A stretch of DNA of 64,000 nucleotides. Source: Vicugna vicugna. Lineage: Eukaryota. Location of the stretch: contig MU057989.1 in NCBI GenBank assembly GCA_013265495.1, positions 573,513 to 637,512 of the forward strand, given 5' to 3'. The notes under the pieces were generated by a model. The model was not told where the DNA came from, searched no databases, and saw only the letters and a list, made by a program, of their open reading frames with translations. Positions within the stretch are counted from its first letter, which is position 1. Every line of letters starts with the position of its first letter. Positions 25,126-36,202 of this stretch are shown piece after piece. Made by a program: the position numbers and the translations under genes.

Positions 25126-26126
25126 CGCCAGCCGGGCAGCCTCCACCAGGCCCCAACCCTTTGTGCCCTGTGGAAACTGCCCTCCTGGCCATCTGACTTC
25201 CGCTGTCCTCTGCAGAGGAGCCCCACCTGCAGGCCTGGTGCTACGTGGGCTCGGGAGCAGAGCTTCTCGGGGCGTGCCCGGTCTCCGACAGGTACAGCAG
25301 AGCAGGTGGTGGGAAATGGGAGCAGAGCAGAGTCGGGTGATAGTACCAAGAAATTTTATTGCTTTCAGCAATAAAAATAGGAGCCCCTGGATAGGCAGTT
25401 GCTGCTGAGGGATGTTGGGCAGCAGGGCCCAGGGCTCAGATGGTTCCTGACCAACTCTCAGAAACTTCCAGAGGGAAAGCAGAGTCCTTGAGACCCGGTC
25501 AGAACTTCATTTTTTCACTTCCTGAACTACTTCTTAACAAATAATGCATTCCCGTGGTTTGAAAACTGAAAAGGTACCAAAAGATCAAGCCCCTTCTACC
25601 TCCGCCCCTAGACACTCAGCTTCCCCTTTCGAGGGGGCATCTGTGCTGCTGTGTCCTGGGCGGTGCCTCACCGTATGCGTCGGCGTCAGCACCTATGCCA
25701 TCGTCATTCAGACTGAAGCTGGGTGGCCTTGCCCTGTGGCAGCACCTGGTTACTAAGGGCCCTGCTCAGACGTGACCACTTCTGAGCGCCCGTGTGCACA
25801 GCAGGGAGCTGGTCTCAGACCTCTGGGGACTGCAGAGATGGGAGGGGTCGTGGGGACTCCGGGGTCCGCCCCCTGTTTATGGACACAGCCTAGCAGATCG
25901 TTAGGCGTACCAAGCCTTCAGCAGGGCTTTGTGGCCTCCTGGGCCGGTGCCCCCATCAGTGCCGGGGTCTGTGCTGAGACCATGGAGGCTGGTGGTCACT
26001 GGACACGGGCTTGCGCTCCAGAAGCACCTGGAGCCCAGCTGCAGGCTCCTCAGCTGGACTGGCAGGGTGAGGAAGAGCATTCCCATGGAGGCCTTCACCC
26101 CTACTCCCCTCTTGTCTCTCCCGCAG

Positions 26127-27540
26127 GCTCTCCCAGCCCTCCTTCCTGTGTGGAAACCTGCGCTTCCTCCGAGCGCTGGTCCTGCCCCGCGCACCAGCCT
26201 CTGGGGCCGCTGGGGTGTGGCATGTGCTCTGTGGTCTGTCTCCTCTGCTGCCCTGGGAGCGAGGGCACCCAAAAGGGCTTCCCTCCCTGCTTCCCCACAC
26301 CCCTCACTGGCCTCTTACCCTCCACTGCCTGTTCCTTCCAGCTCCTTTCTCCAAAGTGGGAACGAACTTCTGGGAGGGAAGAACCCACGTGTCGTGGACA
26401 GACTTCACCCTAAAGACACAGGAGCGTCAGAACAATGCAGGGGCGAATTAAAGGGAGCGCCAGACTCCCGTGCAGACCCAGCGCACAGAAGCCTGGGGCG
26501 CAGAGCGCAGCCCCTGCCTCCCCACCAGGGGCTGGTGCTTGGTGGGCACAGCACGGGAGGCTTGTCTCCCACACACAGCTCTGGGGCTTTGCTCCTGACT
26601 CAGGTGGTCGGACAACGGGACTGTTCTCCACACCGCCGCTGGGAGGCTGAGGCTTGCAGGCCGGTTCACTGTCTAGAGCAAGCAGAACCGCCAGTCGTCT
26701 GGTGGATGCACCGTTCAGCTGAGCTACCGCAGGGGACCAGGCTGAGGACAGGCGCCGCCAAGGGTCCTGGGCGTCCTGTCCCCCAGGCCCCCAGGCCCCC
26801 AGCCCCCTGGGCTGTAGCGCAGAGGCCTGGGCAGATGCGGACCAGAGGAAGCTGAGTCGGCCTTGATCAAGTGAAACCCAGCTGTTGAGGCTGGGGCAGT
26901 CATGTGCCTTGTGGTCCCTCCGCCTCTGGGGCAGAGACCGGAGAGGCTGTTTGATGCCAGGAAGTGTGCGTGTGGACGGTGTGTGCTCCTGGCGTCCCTT
27001 CCGAGCTGCCTGCCACCTGCCCTGACCTCCAGAGCAGAGGGGGTGGTGCAGAGCTACTGTGGCCTATTGGAGCCATTGCCAGGGAGCACTGGCCCAAGGG
27101 CAGGAGGAGACGGAACACCCCAGGCGGGGGTTCCGTGACTGGTGTCCTTCCTCCCCTCAGAACTTCCCAGCCTGGGGCTCCTATGTCCTCGTGGTGGGAA
27201 AGGGCTTCTCGAGATGAAGGTGATCCGGGCATGAAAGGCCCTCCTCCTCCCTTGGCTGGGTGTTCCCACCTCTGCGCTGACATTGACTTCACGCTGAGGC
27301 CCAGCTCCATGTCCTCTCTAATCTGAATCCACGATGATCATGTGATTTTTATTTCTGCTCCTTGGGTAAGGGAAGAGTCTTCCAGAAGGTTCTGCCTTGG
27401 ACATTCATAATTGAGCTCAGAGGCCTTGTCCTGCCCTGCCCCCCCCACCCCGCGCCAGTCACTGCAGTGTCCAGCCCAGTGTTGAACGGGATTATAGTGT
27501 TTTGTCTCAGTGCAAATAAATAGACTAATTGGTCACATCC
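26127..27540 (+). other. NAA60: NAA60 terminal 3'UTR exon
   Basis: Donor CAG|gtacag at 25291/25292; strong acceptor cttgtctctcccgcag|G at 26126/26127; AATAAA at 27515; cleavage point estimated. Confidence 0.7.
27515..27520 (+). terminator. NAA60: NAA60 polyadenylation signal
   Basis: AATAAA at the end of the GC-rich 3'UTR followed by pyrimidine-rich downstream sequence. Confidence 0.75.
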
Positions 27541-28422
27541 TGTCTTCCCAGGCTCGCTGCACTTTGGCCCTGCCCCTGTGGATCTGCCCTGTGGCTGAGG
27601 GCAGCCTAGGAACTGCTTGTCCCCTAGCAAGTCCCAACGATGGCTTGCAGCTCAAAGGGCAATTGTTTTTTACAATCATGATTGTAATTTACTCTGCCAA
27701 AGAATGCGGTCCCTGGGGAGAGGTCCTAGAGCTGGTGATTCAACAGTCAGGCAGAGACCCTGGGCCAGCGCAGCCCACCACAGGAGCCTGAGGCAGGGTG
27801 CCAGCTCATCCCAACACCTGGCTGGTGCTTCCACCAACCTCTTCTTTGAGCCTCTGGCCACCCCGGGGGCAGGGGGTCATGCTTGTCACCCCGTTAGACA
27901 AAGGAGGAAAACTGGGTCAGGGGCTGGGAGTTGCCCATGAGCCACACAGCTCCTGATGGTGGGCCTGAGAGCCCAGCCCAGGCCTGGTCCCTCCCAAGCC
28001 CGTGTTTGCTGCTCCCTGAGGCCTGGGTCTCACCCAGATGGCCCTCCCTAGGGAACAAGTCCTGAGGCTGGTGGCCTGGACTGTGAGCTCCCACCACCCA
28101 GGGCCACACCCATACTTGAAACAGCCTGAAAAGCACGCAGGGACCCAAGTCTCCAGAATCTGCTATAGGAGGGAACAGTGCGGGGCCTGAGGGAGCGTTT
28201 CTCTGGGTCTGGAAGGGACCCAGCTGCCCTGGTTTCCAGAGTGTCCTTGACACCATCACGTGTGGTCTGACAGAAGCCTGTGAGAGGGATAGGTCAGCCC
28301 CAGCCCGACTCGGGCTTCCAGGACAGGAAGTCAGCAGGTGGGGAGAGTCGCTGAGGCAAACCCAGGTCTTCCCATCCTGTCCCCTGCAGGGCTGAGGCCC
28401 AGTGATGTAGAGCGGGGGCCCT

Positions 28423-28580
28423 CAGCCAGAGTGATTCTGCTTCCTCCAGGGGACATCAGACTATCTGGAGACAGTTCTGGTAGCCACAGTGGGAGGAGAC
28501 CAGGGACGCTGCTAAACATGCTGTAGCATACAGGACAGCCCCCGACAACAAAGAGGTTGTGTGAGGTTAAGACATCCCAG
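28423..28580. mobile_element. MER20-like DNA transposon relic
   Basis: ccaggggacat...tctggagacag...gaccagggacgctgctaaacat...caggacagccccc..caacaaaga resembles MER20. Confidence 0.6.
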
Positions 28581-29036
28581 TACAGAGGAGCCCAGGCCAG
28601 GGTACCTGCAGTCCAACCCAGCTGGGTGGAGAAGGGCTGTGCCCACTCTGCCTGGAGGGTCAGGGCAGCCAGGGGGCCCCAGGGAGAGTGAACACAACCA
28701 AGCCTTCATTGAGGGGCAGCGTGGGGTCAGGGCCAGCATCTCTGCCCAGGTTGGGAACTTGCCCTCCTCCCTGACATCCTCCACAAACCCAGTCTAATTT
28801 CCTTTGTCCTCTGCCCCCTCGGCCCAGAGTGCCAAGCCCTGCTTTTAGGCCTGCTGAGACCCTGCCCACCCAGAGGAGGACGGCTCCCTTCTCAACTCAG
28901 GGTGGAACACCTGGATTCCCCAGGATCGATTAACACAGAACTTTGCTCTCAGAACACAGGTGCCAAGGGGCAGTTTCTCTGGCTGAATTGCCTGATGACA
29001 GACAGACCACAGGGACAGAAGGTGCAGGCCTTGGCT

Positions 29037-29042
29037 TTTATT
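29037..29042 (-). terminator. C16orf90: C16orf90 polyadenylation signal
   Basis: TTTATT on + (AATAAA on -) about 340 nt past the stop codon. Confidence 0.65.
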
Positions 29043-29383
29043 GATATTAGACCTGCAGGCTCCCCGGCCTCTTGGGAGCCCAAACTCTCTGCTCCACCCA
29101 GCCTCTCAGGTACAAGTGGCTGACTTGAGTTGGAGCAGGCTGCAAGAGCATGCCCAGATTTGTTTTTTCTGTCCCTCCTGCAGGACTTCCTCCTCCCTTC
29201 CCCCTTGAGTTTTCCTGAGGCTGGCCCAGGCTCTGGTGCTGGGCAGCTGCCCAAGTGTCTCATCGTTGGGGTGCCACTGGTAGGGACTGAGCCCTTCCTT
29301 CCTGGACCTGCCGCCTCCTCCTCCTGGGCCATCCTTTCCCCTCCTGTCCCAGGCTGGGAGAACCAGCCCTGGCACTCGGATCC

Positions 29384-29541
29384 CTATGGCCTCTCCAGAG
29401 CCCCAAAGCGAGTTCTCTTGTACAAAGGACAGGTGGGCTCCTCTGAGGCCCCCCAGGATCTCTTGGGCCTGAGCCCCAAGCCTTCAGGGGGACAGGACTG
29501 GGAGGGGGCACCCTTGGCTGGGTCCATGCTGGAACTGGAAG
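29384..29541 (-). CDS. C16orf90: C16orf90 orthologue coding exon 3 with stop
   Basis: Acceptor tttcctcag|; ASSSSMDPAKGAPSQSCPPEGLGLRPKRSWGASEEPTCPLYKRTRFGALERP-TAG; 158 nt. Confidence 0.9.
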
Positions 29542-29938
29542 CTGAGGAAAGGGAGGAGAGAAGAGTCACTCAGAGGTACCCAGGGGAGGCTGCCAGTCCA
29601 CCCTGTGACCCCCAGAACCTGGCATCCTTCAAAACAGGAGGGGAGGGGAAGTTCTCCTTAAAGAGAACCCATGAGGAGGGAAGAAAGAGGGAAACATGGT
29701 TCAAACTAGAAGGACCCTTATCTAACCTGAACCCCTGATTTTATAAATGGGGAAACTGAGGCCCAGCCAGTTGGGGAGAGCCGTCCAAGATCCTTCATTA
29801 AGTGTGGAGCTGGGACAGGGACCCAGGAGGCTTGGGAGTGGAGAAGGGCCACCTAGGTCCATCTGATTCCCCTGCCCCACCCTTCCCTGGGTTTTCCCAT
29901 TCAATCCCCAGCCCTGCAGCACCTGGACAGGTGCTCAC

Positions 29939-30292
29939 CTGTATTTCCTAGGCTGTCCCTGGGCATTTGAGCTTCCAGAAGTGCTGAGCGGTGGCTGTTA
30001 CCTGGGCCTGCAGTCCCCTGTGGTAGCTCCAGGGGCCAGGCCACACCCTTGGGCTGTGGGAGGCAGCCCCTGGCCATGAGCCGGCCCAGCCAGTGGCTCT
30101 CACACTGGCCAGCAGGCTGCATGTGGCCCGGCAGATAGAGGGCCAGGCCCCGGAGGTGGCGCAGCCGAAAGTTCTTGGGCTTGCTTCCCTGGGCACTGGG
30201 GCACTGCTGCTGCTGGGCCCCCAGCCCCCCTTCGTAGATGTTGGATGGAATGTCAGGGTGGCTGGGGCGTCCTCCGGCCCAGCTCACTGCAT
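29939..30292 (-). CDS. C16orf90: C16orf90 orthologue coding exon 2
   Basis: Acceptor tccacag|, donor G|gtgagc; DAVSW...PSNIYEGGLG...SAQGSKPKNFRLRHLRGLALYL...QCESHWLGRLM...; 354 nt. Confidence 0.92.
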
Positions 30293-30746
30293 CTGTGGAG
30301 GGGAGAGCAGGAGGGTGGTGGCCGGTGGGCCACAGTGGCCATGAGGGGAAAACGCAGTCACATGCTTGTGAGATGGGCTCCACCCCCCGCCTGCGGAGCT
30401 TCAGCTTACCTGTCTGTCAGAAGGGCTCAGCCCCTTGCCTCCCATTGCCTCCCACCACCTCCCACCTCCTCCCACCCCACATAGCTTCCCTCCCAACTAA
30501 CAGGAGCTCTGAGAAGCTTGAGCCTTGGCACCAAGATCACTTTCAGGACTTCAGGCTCTTTCTGCCAACCCGTTTTGCCCTCTACCCTAGAAAGAGTATT
30601 CTGGTACCCAGGGTCGCACAGCCTGGACCAGTGGCCATACCCCTCTCCCACGCATGCATGTCCCTAAGGCCACCCGTGTGGCTTTGGGCCCAGGTCAGGA
30701 CAGGAGGGCATCTCTGCTCCTGCCACTCCTCCCCGCAGCCCGGCAC

Positions 30747-30792
30747 CTTCTCTTATGCGCAGCTCAGAGAACGCACAGACCAAGGCTTCCAT
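30747..30792 (-). CDS. C16orf90: C16orf90 orthologue coding exon 1
   Basis: ATG at 30792 (ccATGG context); MEALVCAFSELRIRE; donor G|gtgccg; three exons total 558 nt = 185 aa. Confidence 0.9.
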
Positions 30793-30876
30793 GGAGGGCC
30801 AGTGTGGTAGGGAGGAGTGGCCAGGCCTCCTGTGCAGCAGGGCTCTGCTCTTCCCTACCTAGGGGTGAGTCTGCAA

Positions 30877-30907
30877 GTCTCCCCTGGCAACCAGCTCTAT
30901 GATGTCA
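30877..30907 (-). promoter_or_regulatory. RFX X-box-like and CRE-like motifs upstream of C16orf90
   Basis: GTCTCC-CCT-GGCAAC 30877-30891 and TGATGTCA 30900-30907, 85-115 nt upstream of the ATG. Confidence 0.5.
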
Positions 30908-31374
30908 CAGGGAAGACTCCTGGGTTTCCTGGACCCCTGAGTTTGGGAAAGGATGATGTCCAGGGCAGGATCAGGGTGGGAGGAGGGCAAGGGATGGAGA
31001 TGGAATCCTAGGGGAGGTTCCTGGTCCCTCTGGCTTCAGATAGGCAGACAGCTTTTGCAGGCTGGGAAGTCACTTCCTGGGATGATCTTTTGAGGTATCC
31101 ATTTCCTCATCTATGGGTGGGACATGAAAGCTTAGGGGTGCAGACTTGGTTATATCTGGGTTAGTGCTTTGAGCATGCTGACAGGTGGTTCTGGATGACT
31201 GGGCAGCTCATTTAATTTTTCTGTCCATTTTCCCATAAGTAGATGATGGCATACTGTGTGAATGGTACCAACTGTGAAGCAGGATGTGGAGGAACTGGAA
31301 CTCTCATGTACTGCTGCAGGGAATGTAAGATGGTACCACCAGTTTGAGAAGCAGTTTCTAAAAAGTTAAACTTT

Positions 31375-33475
31375 AAATTGTCTTTATTCACAGATGACAT
31401 GATCTTATAGACAGGAAAAATTCACACTCAAAAAAGAACTACTTGAGCTAAAAAAAAAACTATCAGCAAATAAGGTTCAGCAGAATCACAGGATACAAGA
31501 TCAACACACAAAAATTAACTGTATTACTACACACAAGCAAAGAACAAAAAGAATAAAACAGTCATAAAATTAACCATGGAGGTACAAGACAACACTGAAG
31601 ACTACAAAGTATTGCTGAAAAAAAAATAAGACCTAAATAAATGGAAAAATATCCTCATTCATGTATTTAATATTGTTAAGACAGCATTCCTCCCCAAAGT
31701 GATCTATAGATTCAATGCAATTCTTATCAAAATCCCAATGTCCTTTTAGGCAGAAACAGGAAAACTGATCCTAAAATTCATGTAGATTACAAGGGAGACC
31801 AAAAGCCAAAAATGATCTTAAAGAAAAAGTTTGAAGATTCAGATTTCCTGACTTAAAAACTTACTACATACAGTGTTACAGTAAACAAAACAGTGTGGAG
31901 CTGGCATAAGGCTAGACATCTAGACCGATGGAATAGAGTAGAGAGCCGAGAATAAACCCATACATCTATGGGCAATTGATTTTTGACAAGATTGCCAAGA
32001 CTGTTCAGTGGGGGAAGGAATAGTCTATTCAGCAAATGGAAGAGAACAACTGGAAGTCCAGATGATAACGAATGAAGAATGAAGAATGGCATTAGACCCC
32101 TACCTCACACCATATACAAAAAATTAACTCAAAAAGCAACAAAAACCTAAATATAAGCACTACACTAAAACTATAAGACTCTGAAGAAAACAGGGGTAAG
32201 CCTTCATCATGATGGATTTGGCAATGGGTTCTTAGATATGACAACAAAAGAAAAAAGCAACAAAAACAGATAAATTGGACTTCTTCAAAATTGAAAACTT
32301 TTGTGCTGCAAAAGAAGCTATCAAGAAAAGACAGCCTACAAAATGAGAGAAAACATTTGCAAATTGTGTATGTGATTAGAGTGTAGTATCTAGAATATAT
32401 AAAGAACTCTTACAACTCAACAGAAAGACGAACAACTCAATTTAAAAATAGGTGAAGAGGTGGGGAAGGATATAGCTCAAGTGGTAGAGCGCATGCTTAG
32501 CATGCACAAGTTCCTGGGTTCAATCCCAGTATCTCCTCTAAAAATAAATAAATAAATAAATAAATAACCTAATTACCTCCCTCCCAAAATAAAGTAAAAT
32601 AAAAAAGGTGAAGAATTTGAATACACAGTTCTCCATATAAGATGTATATAAATGGTCAACAAACACATGAAAAGATGTTCAACATCATTAGTCATTAGGA
32701 AAATGCAAATTTAAGCTACAATGAGACACTACTTCACACCCATGAGGTTGGCTCTAAAAAACAACAAAAACAGAAAATGACAAGTGTTAATGAGAATGTG
32801 GAGAAATCTGAAATCCTCCTACACTGCTGGTGGGAATGTAAAATAGTACAGCCACTATAGAAAACAGTTCGGCAGTTTTTCAGCAAGTTAAACATAGAAT
32901 TACCATATGACCTAGCAATTCCACTCCTAGGTATACACCCCAAAAGAACTGAAAACAGGTATTTAAATAAATACTTATACACAAATATTCATAGCAGCAT
33001 TATTCATAGAAGTAACCAAAGAGTGGAAAGAACCCAAATGTCCATCAACTAATGGATGGATAAACAAACTGTAGTCTGTCCATTCAAGGAAATATTATTC
33101 AGCCATAAAAAGGAAAGAAGTACTGATACCCAGGGCAACACGGATTAATGTCAGGAACATAATGCTCAGTGGTAAAAGCCAGATGCAAAATGCCACATAT
33201 TTTATGATTCCATTTGTATTAAATAGGCAGAATAAATAAATCCATAGTGACAGAAAGCAGATTAGTGATTACCAGGGATGGGGGCAGGGGAGTCACTCCC
33301 ATTTGGAAGTGACTGCTTAATTGGTGTGACGTTTCCTTTTGGGGTGATTGAAATATTTTGGAACTAAATAGACGTGGTGATTGAACAACATTTCAAATGT
33401 ACTTAGTGTTACTGAATTGTACACTTAAAAAGGTAAATTTTATGTTATGTATATTTTACCACAGTAAAAATAAGT
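31375..33475 (+). mobile_element. Degenerate L1 (3' part of ORF2 plus 3'UTR, L1MA/MB-like) interrupted by a SINE
   Basis: Recognisable ORF2 text (ttattcacagatgacatgatc, gatctatagattcaatgcaa, gttcaacatcattagtcattagg, ccactcctaggtatacacccaaaagaa) with stops and frameshifts. Confidence 0.85.
32459..32605 (+). mobile_element. tRNA-Ala-derived SINE nested in L1
   Basis: Full family sequence with (aaat)n; TSD aggtgaaga at 32450-32458 and 32606-32614. Confidence 0.9.
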
Positions 33476-33479
33476 AACT

Positions 33480-34385
33480 GACCAGCACTACTCAAAACTG
33501 TTAGGGTCATCGAAAACAAGGAAAGTTGGAGAAACTGTCATAAAACTATCTAGAGGAACCCAAAGAGAAATGAAAATTAGATGCAGTGTGGTGTCCTGAA
33601 TCAAATCATGGAACAGAAAAAGGACATTAAGTTAAAAATAAAGAAATTTTGACTTTAGTTAATAATAATGTGTCGGTGTTGGTTCATCAGTTATGAGAAA
33701 TGCATCAGTGACGGGGGTGTGAGGGTGGATGGAATCTACAGGAACTCTGTACTATCTTTGCAGCTTTTTTGAAAATCTAAAACTATTCAAAAATTAAAAG
33801 TTGATTGAAAAAGAAAAAAGTTAAATATTCACTTGCTTTATGACTGATGTGTCATTCTATGTATTTACTGAAGAGATAAGACAGCATATTGTGTGTAAAA
33901 GGATTTCTAGCTGAATATTTGTACCAGCTTTATTTGTACTGGCCCCAAACTGGAAATGTCCATTAACCAGTGATGGGTAAATAAAACTGCAGTCTATCCA
34001 TGTGATGGATATACAACTCGGCAGTAAAAAGGAATGAATTACTGATACAGGCTACAACATGGATGGGTCTCAAAATAATTATGCTGAGTAAAAGAAGCCA
34101 GAAAAAAAGGAGCATATGTTATACGATAACATGTATAGAAAACTCTAGAAGTACGCAAGTCTACCATGACACAAAGCAGAGGAATGGTTGCCTGGGGTAC
34201 AGGGAATGGCAGGAGGGTGATAATACAAAGGGCTGGGCACAGGGAAATGAGGTGAAGGATGTGTTTCTCTCTTGACTGTGGGGATGGTTTCTTGCATGTA
34301 TACGCTTGCCAAAATTTGTTAAATTGCACACTTTAAATATATGCACTTTATCTTCTGTCCATAAAGCAGTTGAAAGAAATTTAAA
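33480..34385 (+). mobile_element. Older L1MC/L1ME-type 3' fragments
   Basis: gaactctgtactatctttgcagc...aaatctaaaactatt and aaggaatgaattactgataca...catggatgggtctcaaaataattatgctgagt motifs. Confidence 0.6.
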
Positions 34386-35254
34386 ACCGAGGAGGGGGGC
34401 TCTGGCCCCCTTGTCGGTGCTCCCTCTGTGCTCTGCTGTCTACAGTGGATGTCAAGTGCCGTCTGCCCCAAACACCCATCACTTCTCCTGTAGCCCTCAC
34501 AGCCACCCTGTCAGGCATCACGACCTCCATTGTAACACTGAAGAATATGAGTCACCAAGAGGTTAACCTCCCAAGGTCACATGGCTTTAGGGACAGCTCT
34601 AGATGCCTATGCACACCAGTTAGCCCTAACTTACAGCAGATCTGCTGTACTTCCACTGGCCTATTGTGCCAGCCCTGAACTGGTCATGACAGAGTCAGCA
34701 CAGAGCATGAGGGGAGGGTGGGGACATGGCCTTTCCTCAAAGACCCTTTGCCTCACTGGAGTGAGGATGATGTACTCTTGCTCACTCATTCATTCATTCA
34801 GGTATTAAACATACATGTTCTGAGGGCTTATGTAGCACTAAATACTATTGGAGACTTGAGGAGAGAGTCGAGTAGGGCAGAGAAGGTATCTATTTTCATG
34901 GCACTTACATGTCCAGATCAGAGACACAAAAGATAAGCAAAGGAGATGTTTCTAGATCATACTATGAAAATAAAATAAGGTGATGTAATAGGGAGTGGCC
35001 AGGAAGGATCTGCTTTGGTGAAGGTAGTCCGGGAAGCCTCTTCACAAAGATCTGAAGTTGGGAAGAGCGCTCCTGGGAACTGCACATGCAAAGGCCAGGA
35101 GGCAGGAAGATGGGGTTGTTCAACAGAGAGCAGGGTAGGATGGATGGAGGGAAGGCAGTGAGGGGAGCAGAGGAGGTGCAGCTAAAGGGAGTGAGTTTTA
35201 TTTGAATTACAATAGGAGACCATTGGATTGCTTTGTTTTTCTAAGGCTAATTTT

Positions 35255-36200
35255 TAAGTCATGCTCACTGAGATACAATTTTAGATATGGCAAAACTCAC
35301 CCCTTTTAGTGCACAGCTGTATGAGTTTTGACAAACAGTGACTGCCGTATAATTACCACCACAATTAAGATATAGAACAGGTCCATCACCCTGAAATTAT
35401 TTGACACCCAGCTCCTGGAAACCACTGATTTGTTTTGTCTTTATATTTCCATCTTACCCAGATTGTCATATAAATGGAATGTACAGTAGAAAGCCTTCTG
35501 AGTCTGGCTTCTTCCACTTAGCATAAGGCGTTGGAGAGTCATCATTGTCCTTGTGTATTTCAGCAGTTGGCTTCTTTTTCTTCTTTATTTTTTGGCTGCT
35601 GAGTGGTAATTCATTATGTGAATGTACTGCAGTGTGTTTATCCATTCATAAGTTGAGGGACACTTGAGTGGTTTCCAGTTTGGGGCGATTATAAACAAAG
35701 CTGCTATCAACATTTGTGTACAGGTTTTTGTGTGAATGTAAGTCTTCATTTCTCTTGGGCAAATGGGATTTGATGAGTGGGATTGATGATCTGTATGTTA
35801 AATGTGTTTATTAAGAAACTACCAAGTTGCGGGGGAGGGTATAGCTCAATGGTAAAGCACATGCTTAGCATGCAAGAGGTCCTGGGTTCAATCTCCAGTA
35901 CTTCCATTTTAAAAAAAAGTAAATAAATAAACCTAATTACCTCCCCCCAAAAACAAAAACAACAAAACAAAAGAAACTACCAAGTGTTTTCCAAAGTGGC
36001 TGTCCTGCTTCCCATTCTCAAACAATAATGTATGAAAGGCCACGTTGCTCCACATCCTTTCAAGCCCTTGGAACTGTCAGGGTTTTTGTTGTTGTGTGTC
36101 TGTTGTTTTAGCTATTCAAATAACTACCCACTGATACCTTGTGGTTTACTATGCATTTCTCTGATGACAAATAATCTTAAGCATCTTCCTTTGCTTATTA
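35255..36200 (-). mobile_element. Antisense old L1M fragment interrupted by a SINE
   Basis: atgagttttgacaaa, ggaaaccactgatttg, gtggtttccagtttggggcgatt, gttttccaaagtggctg, gcatttctctgatgac. Confidence 0.7.
35828..35970 (+). mobile_element. tRNA-Ala-derived SINE with perfect 15-bp TSD
   Basis: aagaaactaccaagt at 35813-35827 and 35971-35985 flanks a full-length copy. Confidence 0.92.
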
Positions 36201-36202
36201 TT

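Noticed and set aside
25772..27326. ORFs of 120-308 aa in the NAA60 3'UTR region as independent genes
   Set aside because: GC-rich UTR/intron sequence with overlapping ORFs in several frames, no homology recognised and no promoter; one frame is considered only in the bypass hypothesis
29130..30810. Plus-strand ORFs of 190-202 aa over C16orf90
   Set aside because: Antisense shadows of a GC-rich gene; the spliced - strand frame matches a known protein
31375..33475. Active LINE-1 or domesticated reverse transcriptase
   Set aside because: Truncated, many stops and frameshifts, interrupted by a SINE
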